Positions 60,663 to 64,000 of a stretch of DNA of 64,000 bases are shown piece after piece. The notes under the pieces are model-generated. The model searched no databases. It worked only from the letters and a program-made list of their open reading frames with translations, and was not told where the DNA came from. Source of the DNA: a virus. Position numbers and translations under genes: made by a program. The stretch lies in the IMG/VR virus record IMGVR_UViG_3300032282_004772; one strand, written 5' to 3'. Position 1 is the first letter of the stretch, and every line of letters begins with the position of its first letter.

Positions 60663-60736
60663 TACTACCACCAGGACTCGAACCTGGAACCTTGACGATA
60701 TAAGCGTCCTGCTCTCACCTATTGAGCTATGGTAGC
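60663..60736 (-). tRNA. tRNA-Ile(UAU)
   Basis: Cloverleaf GCUACCA/UGGUAGU, loop CU-UAU-AU, A73. Confidence 0.85.
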
Positions 60737-60742
60737 GTGTCG

Positions 60743-60964
60743 TTACCAATGTACTATATCTCCTTGGTGATTATCCCACTCATCATCATTTTTAATCGAG
60801 TCTATAAACTCTTTAGAATTTTCCACATTCGCAGGATATACCTCACGTATAGTTTCAACATTATTTAGATTGTTTAGACCTAATTTAATGTTATCTGAAG
60901 CAGGTGCAGATGGAGACTCATCCATTAATGTAAATTTCTTGAAGTCATCAAATTGTTTGCTCAT
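60743..60964 (-). CDS. Hypothetical protein
   Basis: 73 aa ORF. Confidence 0.5.
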   Translation of the reverse strand: MSKQFDDFKKFTLMDESPSAPASDNIKLGLNNLNNVETIREVYPANVENSKEFIDSIKNDDEWDNHQGDIVHW

Positions 60965-61251
60965 TTTTTTTGTTTTTTATATACGTAAGTTATAGTATCT
61001 CCTATTTTGTAAACATCATTCCTATTTGTTGTTATTCTATTTCCACAATCAGTTATATAAACATATGTTGGGTCTATTTGCAATGTAGACTCAGGTTGTT
61101 TTGAATATTGGCTATCAATCACACATTTTACAATCTTATCACCGTCTTCAATTGTGTGATTTTTACCATTACAACTTGTAATGAAAACCGAGAACAAAGT
61201 TATAAAAATAAACCATAAGACAATACCAATAATTGTAGAATTTTTTTTCAT
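60961..61251 (-). CDS. Small lipoprotein/membrane protein
   Basis: MKKNSTIIG...VFITS-CNG. Confidence 0.55.
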   Translation of the reverse strand: MKKNSTIIGIVLWFIFITLFSVFITSCNGKNHTIEDGDKIVKCVIDSQYSKQPESTLQIDPTYVYITDCGNRITTNRNDVYKIGDTITYVYKKQKK

Positions 61252-61252
61252 A

Positions 61253-61510
61253 TTAATAATTATTTTTTTTACAGTATGTTTTTGATTGCGATTCAATCCA
61301 ATTTTCATCATTTTTAAATTCCTTCCAAGTATCAAAATCTTTCAATGATTCCAAAACTTCTGTTGGAATTAAAATAAATCCATCAGGCGCAATTCCCGAA
61401 TATTTGTAATAGTGGGAATTTTCCAATTTTTCTTTCATCATTTGACAAAATAACTCGTCTTTGATGAATTCATTATGTTCATCTTCTAAATAATTGTCTT
61501 GACTTCCCAT
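61253..61510 (-). CDS. Hypothetical protein
   Basis: 85 aa ORF; TATATTTG upstream. Confidence 0.55.
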   Translation of the reverse strand: MGSQDNYLEDEHNEFIKDELFCQMMKEKLENSHYYKYSGIAPDGFILIPTEVLESLKDFDTWKEFKNDENWIESQSKTYCKKNNY

Positions 61511-61566
61511 ATTGATAATCTTTTTACAAATATAGAATATTTTTTTATTAATAAAAAGTAAAAAAA

Positions 61567-62157
61567 TTAATTTTTTTGTTTTAAATATCTATTTTTTCTT
61601 GCGGAATTTTTATTACGAGATTTGAAAGTACTTAATTGAGAATCACAATTAGGACAAACCAATCTTAAATTATTTCTATTGTTATTGGACGCATCTCCAT
61701 CTATATGGTCTAGAACAAATACTAGAATTTTTCCCATCCATTCATCATCCATATTACAAATAGCACATTTATGATTTTGTTCTTCTAAAAATTTTTTTTT
61801 AAAACTTCTTGGATTAAAATTTTCTCTACAATATTCTTGATTATTGTTGAGGAAATGTTCATATTTTTTTTTACTTAAATCTTTATGTTGACAATCTAAA
61901 GAACAATATTTTTTAGAAAAAAGATTACATTCTTTTTCACAATACACACATTTAATTATTTCGTATTTTTTACATTTACCATAATTGTGAGGCTTATATC
62001 CTTCAGGTATTTTTTTTCTGATTTTTAATTCAATTCCTAATTTTTTTGCAATTTTTTTTATGTAAGTATCAGAAACATTATATTTTTTTGCAATTTCAGT
62101 ATAAGGTAAATTTTTATTAAAGATTAAATCTTCTAAATCTTCTTTTATATATTTCAT
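61567..62157 (-). CDS. Free-standing HNH homing endonuclease
   Basis: HTH-like N-terminus, CxxC...YCSxxC, CAIC...LDHIDGDASNN...NLRLVCPNC. Confidence 0.85.
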   Translation of the reverse strand: MKYIKEDLEDLIFNKNLPYTEIAKKYNVSDTYIKKIAKKLGIELKIRKKIPEGYKPHNYGKCKKYEIIKCVYCEKECNLFSKKYCSLDCQHKDLSKKKYEHFLNNNQEYCRENFNPRSFKKKFLEEQNHKCAICNMDDEWMGKILVFVLDHIDGDASNNNRNNLRLVCPNCDSQLSTFKSRNKNSARKNRYLKQKN

Positions 62158-62193
62158 ATCTATATTTTACTATAAATATTACTATCGAACTGA

Positions 62194-62239
62194 AAATCAA
62201 AACGAACTACAATTTTTATTTTATAGTTCGTTTTGATTT
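62194..62239. repeat. Perfect 16-bp inverted repeat at tRNA-Arg 3' end
   Basis: AAATCAAAACGAACTA / TAGTTCGTTTTGATTT with 14-nt loop. Confidence 0.85.
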
Positions 62240-62521
62240 GGTGGTCCCGGGGCGATTCGAACGCCCGACCGACTGCTTAGACATACCACTATGACTTTCG
62301 TCACCCTTTTGGTTTGTGGTCTGGACTATATCATCATCCATTTTTAGGATGCTTCCCCCTTAGTCTCTACACACTTTCCTATTTGATAGGAGTTGGCTCG
62401 GTATTACCATCAGCATTATCTGTTAAGGTTTCACCGAATTCGAGAAGTTCTATATATGAATTACTTCATATACGCCCCCTTTACTTGAGGCAGTTGCTCT
62501 ATCCAGCTGAGCTACAGGACC
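62239..62521 (-). tRNA. tRNA-Arg(UCU), intron-containing (exons 62521-62488 and 62281-62239)
   Basis: Joined exons give GGUCCUG/CGGGACC acceptor, ACUGC-CU-UCU-AA-GCAGU arm, A20, encoded CCA. Confidence 0.9.
62282..62487 (-). ncRNA. Group I self-splicing intron (IC3-like), 206 nt
   Basis: P AAUUCGGUGAA, Q AAUACCGAGC, R GUAGAGACUA, S GAUAUAGUCC; U33.G wobble in P1; terminal G; GUAA/GAAA tetraloops. Confidence 0.9.
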
Positions 62522-62526
62522 ATTTT

Positions 62527-62670
62527 TTAAATAATTTTATAACACAAATATACTAAAAGAAATATTAAAAATCCAATAAAACTTATTACCCAATAACCAA
62601 CAATTTTATTTGTCGTTTTAACGTTTTCTTCTGAACGTCCTTGCCACTTATCAGGATTCCAATTATCCAT
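62527..62670 (-). CDS. Small membrane protein (47 aa, not in ORF track)
   Basis: MDNWNPDKWQGRSEE...IVGYWVISFIGFLIFLLVYLCYKII. Confidence 0.5.
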   Translation of the reverse strand: MDNWNPDKWQGRSEENVKTTNKIVGYWVISFIGFLIFLLVYLCYKII

Positions 62671-62671
62671 T

Positions 62672-62929
62672 TTATTTATATTTTTTTACAATGTTACTAA
62701 TGATTTGTTCCTCTTCAGCAGAAATTCGATAATAATTTTCAATTAGAAATATACAATTATCTCTATGATTTTCTTCATGCAAAGACATACGGTCATTTTT
62801 TTTAAATTTGTCCAAATGACCCTCTTCATCAAGAGTATGAATAATTTCTTTTATATCATCAGATTCACACATTGATATAAATTCATTTACTGAAATGTAT
62901 TCTTCTGTTTCTATTGTTATGTATGGCAT
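62672..62929 (-). CDS. Hypothetical protein
   Basis: 85 aa ORF. Confidence 0.55.
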   Translation of the reverse strand: MPYITIETEEYISVNEFISMCESDDIKEIIHTLDEEGHLDKFKKNDRMSLHEENHRDNCIFLIENYYRISAEEEQIISNIVKKYK

Positions 62930-62948
62930 TGTTTTATTTATTTTATTG

Positions 62949-63021
62949 TAGTCCGTACGGGAATCGAACCCGTGTTTCCTCCGTGAAAGGGAGATGTCCT
63001 AGACCCCTAGACGAACGGACC
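62949..63021 (-). tRNA. tRNA-Glu(UUC)
   Basis: Cloverleaf, UCUCC-CU-UUC-AC-GGAGG. Confidence 0.95.
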
Positions 63022-63028
63022 ATTAAAA

Positions 63029-63190
63029 AATTCGTCTCTAACCTGTCGGTTTAATTTACTTTTTCACCACCAATCGCGATAAAGATGGCCGAAACCGAAA
63101 AACTTATAGGATACATTACCTACCTAAGTTGAGCTAAACCCTCATACCCCATTTTAGACTCGTGCACAAGATTGGAGTTGGGACCGAATT
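63029..63190 (-). ncRNA. Candidate structured ncRNA between tRNA-Gly and tRNA-Glu
   Basis: GC-enriched spacer whose ends pair (AAUUCG/CGAAUU) and enclose nested hairpins. Confidence 0.45.
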
Positions 63191-63193
63191 TAG

Positions 63194-63265
63194 AGCGGAT
63201 AGTCAGAATCGAACTGACATCTTCAGATTGGAAGTCTGAAGTAATGGCCGTTATACGATACCCGC
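63194..63265 (-). tRNA. tRNA-Gly(UCC)
   Basis: Cloverleaf GCGGGUA/UAUCCGC, CU-UCC-AA, U73. Confidence 0.95.
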
Positions 63266-63272
63266 ACCTTAC

Positions 63273-63605
63273 TTATTCATCATCGTCTTCGTCATCTTCT
63301 TTGGATTCGTGGAACTCAAGTTCATACGTCTCATCAAGAACTTTGTCCTTACCATAATCGGCATCCATAAGTTGGTCCCACAGATTATCGTAATACTCAG
63401 TATCTACCGAAGCCATAGTCTGAGCATTCTCTTTAACATAATTCTCAATCTCTTCTTTAGACATTCCTTTTAGTTCAGGATGTGTATCTTCATTTACTGT
63501 AATCGGACCCCTCCAACAAACGTAGTAATGACCATCGGCCATATAAACATCAAGAGATACTTTTTCGTCTTTAACTGCACTCATTTTTTTGACTTTTTTT
63601 GACAT
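63273..63605 (-). CDS. Hypothetical acidic protein
   Basis: 110 aa ORF between tRNAs. Confidence 0.55.
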   Translation of the reverse strand: MSKKVKKMSAVKDEKVSLDVYMADGHYYVCWRGPITVNEDTHPELKGMSKEEIENYVKENAQTMASVDTEYYDNLWDQLMDADYGKDKVLDETYELEFHESKEDDEDDDE

Positions 63606-63630
63606 GACTTTTAAGGTTTAAGGTTTTTAG

Positions 63631-63703
63631 TAGCGGGAGAAGGAATCGAACCTCCGACCTCCAGGTTATGAGCCTGGCGAGCTACCTCTGCTACCATCCC
63701 GCG
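63631..63703 (-). tRNA. tRNA-Met(CAU), initiator-type
   Basis: C1:U72 mismatch, CGCGGGA acceptor, CU-CAU-AA. Confidence 0.9.
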
Positions 63704-63714
63704 ATTTTGTTACA

Positions 63715-63746
63715 CAAAGATAATATGTTTTATCTTAACTATCAAA
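63715..63746 (-). promoter_or_regulatory. Bacteroidota sigma-A promoter for tRNA array
   Basis: TTTG-N20-TATCTTTG on the minus strand. Confidence 0.75.
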
Positions 63747-63883
63747 TAAAAAAAATATTTTTTTTCTATTAGATTAAATATACTTTAGGATGAATTTATC
63801 TTATTTTTTAGTATAAAAACAATCTAAAGTAGACTTCATTTGACTATTTTAAGATATTTATAGAATAGAAAAACCGTAAAATT

Positions 63884-63988
63884 ATGAAAACAACAGATAA
63901 TATGATAGGTCTTTTGGTACAGGATATTCTATTGGCATCATTACGTGTTCATAAACTGACCTTACGAAGTTTAGATAAACAAAATTAA
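63884..63988 (+). CDS. Possible 34-aa peptide
   Basis: Short ORF preceded by TATTTATA (63855-63862) and an A-rich leader. Confidence 0.3.
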   Translation: MKTTDNMIGLLVQDILLASLRVHKLTLRSLDKQN

Positions 63989-64000
63989 ATCAACTAATTT

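Noticed and set aside
62314-62556. 80-aa ORF as an intron-encoded protein
   Set aside because: Antisense to the tRNA and intron, with no nuclease motifs
63029-63190. HDV-like (theta) or hammerhead ribozyme after tRNA-Gly
   Set aside because: Could not build P3/L3/P1.1 or a CUGANGA/GAAA core; kept only as an unclassified RNA
63172-63357. 61-aa plus-strand ORF
   Set aside because: Antisense to tRNA-Gly and a CDS
1-64000. Stop-codon reassignment
   Set aside because: Core genes are intact in the standard code, TAA, TAG and TGA all end genes, and no suppressor tRNA is seen

Overview
This window is a 64 kb segment of an AT-rich (about 30% GC), T4-like large or jumbo tailed phage using the standard genetic code. 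It most likely infects Bacteroidota: there are six TTTG-N19/20-TAnnTTTG promoters, A-rich leaders without Shine-Dalgarno sequences, a Bacteroidota-type bS21 and a DUF4494-like gene. From left to right it holds: (1) a truncated Cys/Pro-Thr-rich virion gene and putative head proteins, including a WYL protein; (2) a ~13 kb glycosylation and nucleotide-metabolism cluster (glycosyltransferases, DegT, WbqC, GNAT-MTase, sulfotransferase, dUTPase, PhoH); (3) a gp55-like sigma factor and baseplate/adhesin genes; (4) the head module (major capsid protein, scaffold, protease, antisense bS21, portal, TerL); (5) a ClpC lacking its N-domain, with a divergent double-UVR protein; (6) accessory genes, a tmRNA and a tRNA array. 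The most notable signals are: a 206-nt group I intron splitting tRNA-Arg(UCU) at 33/34, beside a free-standing HNH nuclease; a tmRNA with a long non-canonical tag, possibly paired with the phage ClpC/UVR module; a candidate multibranch ncRNA between two tRNAs; tRNA-Ile(UAU); a late-promoter motif TATTTAT, the inverse of the T4 late box, sometimes positioned for leaderless mRNA; an unannotated lipopeptide packed with Bacteroidota O-glycosylation sequons; and apparent GATC avoidance. All calls come from reading motifs by eye; no database searches were run.
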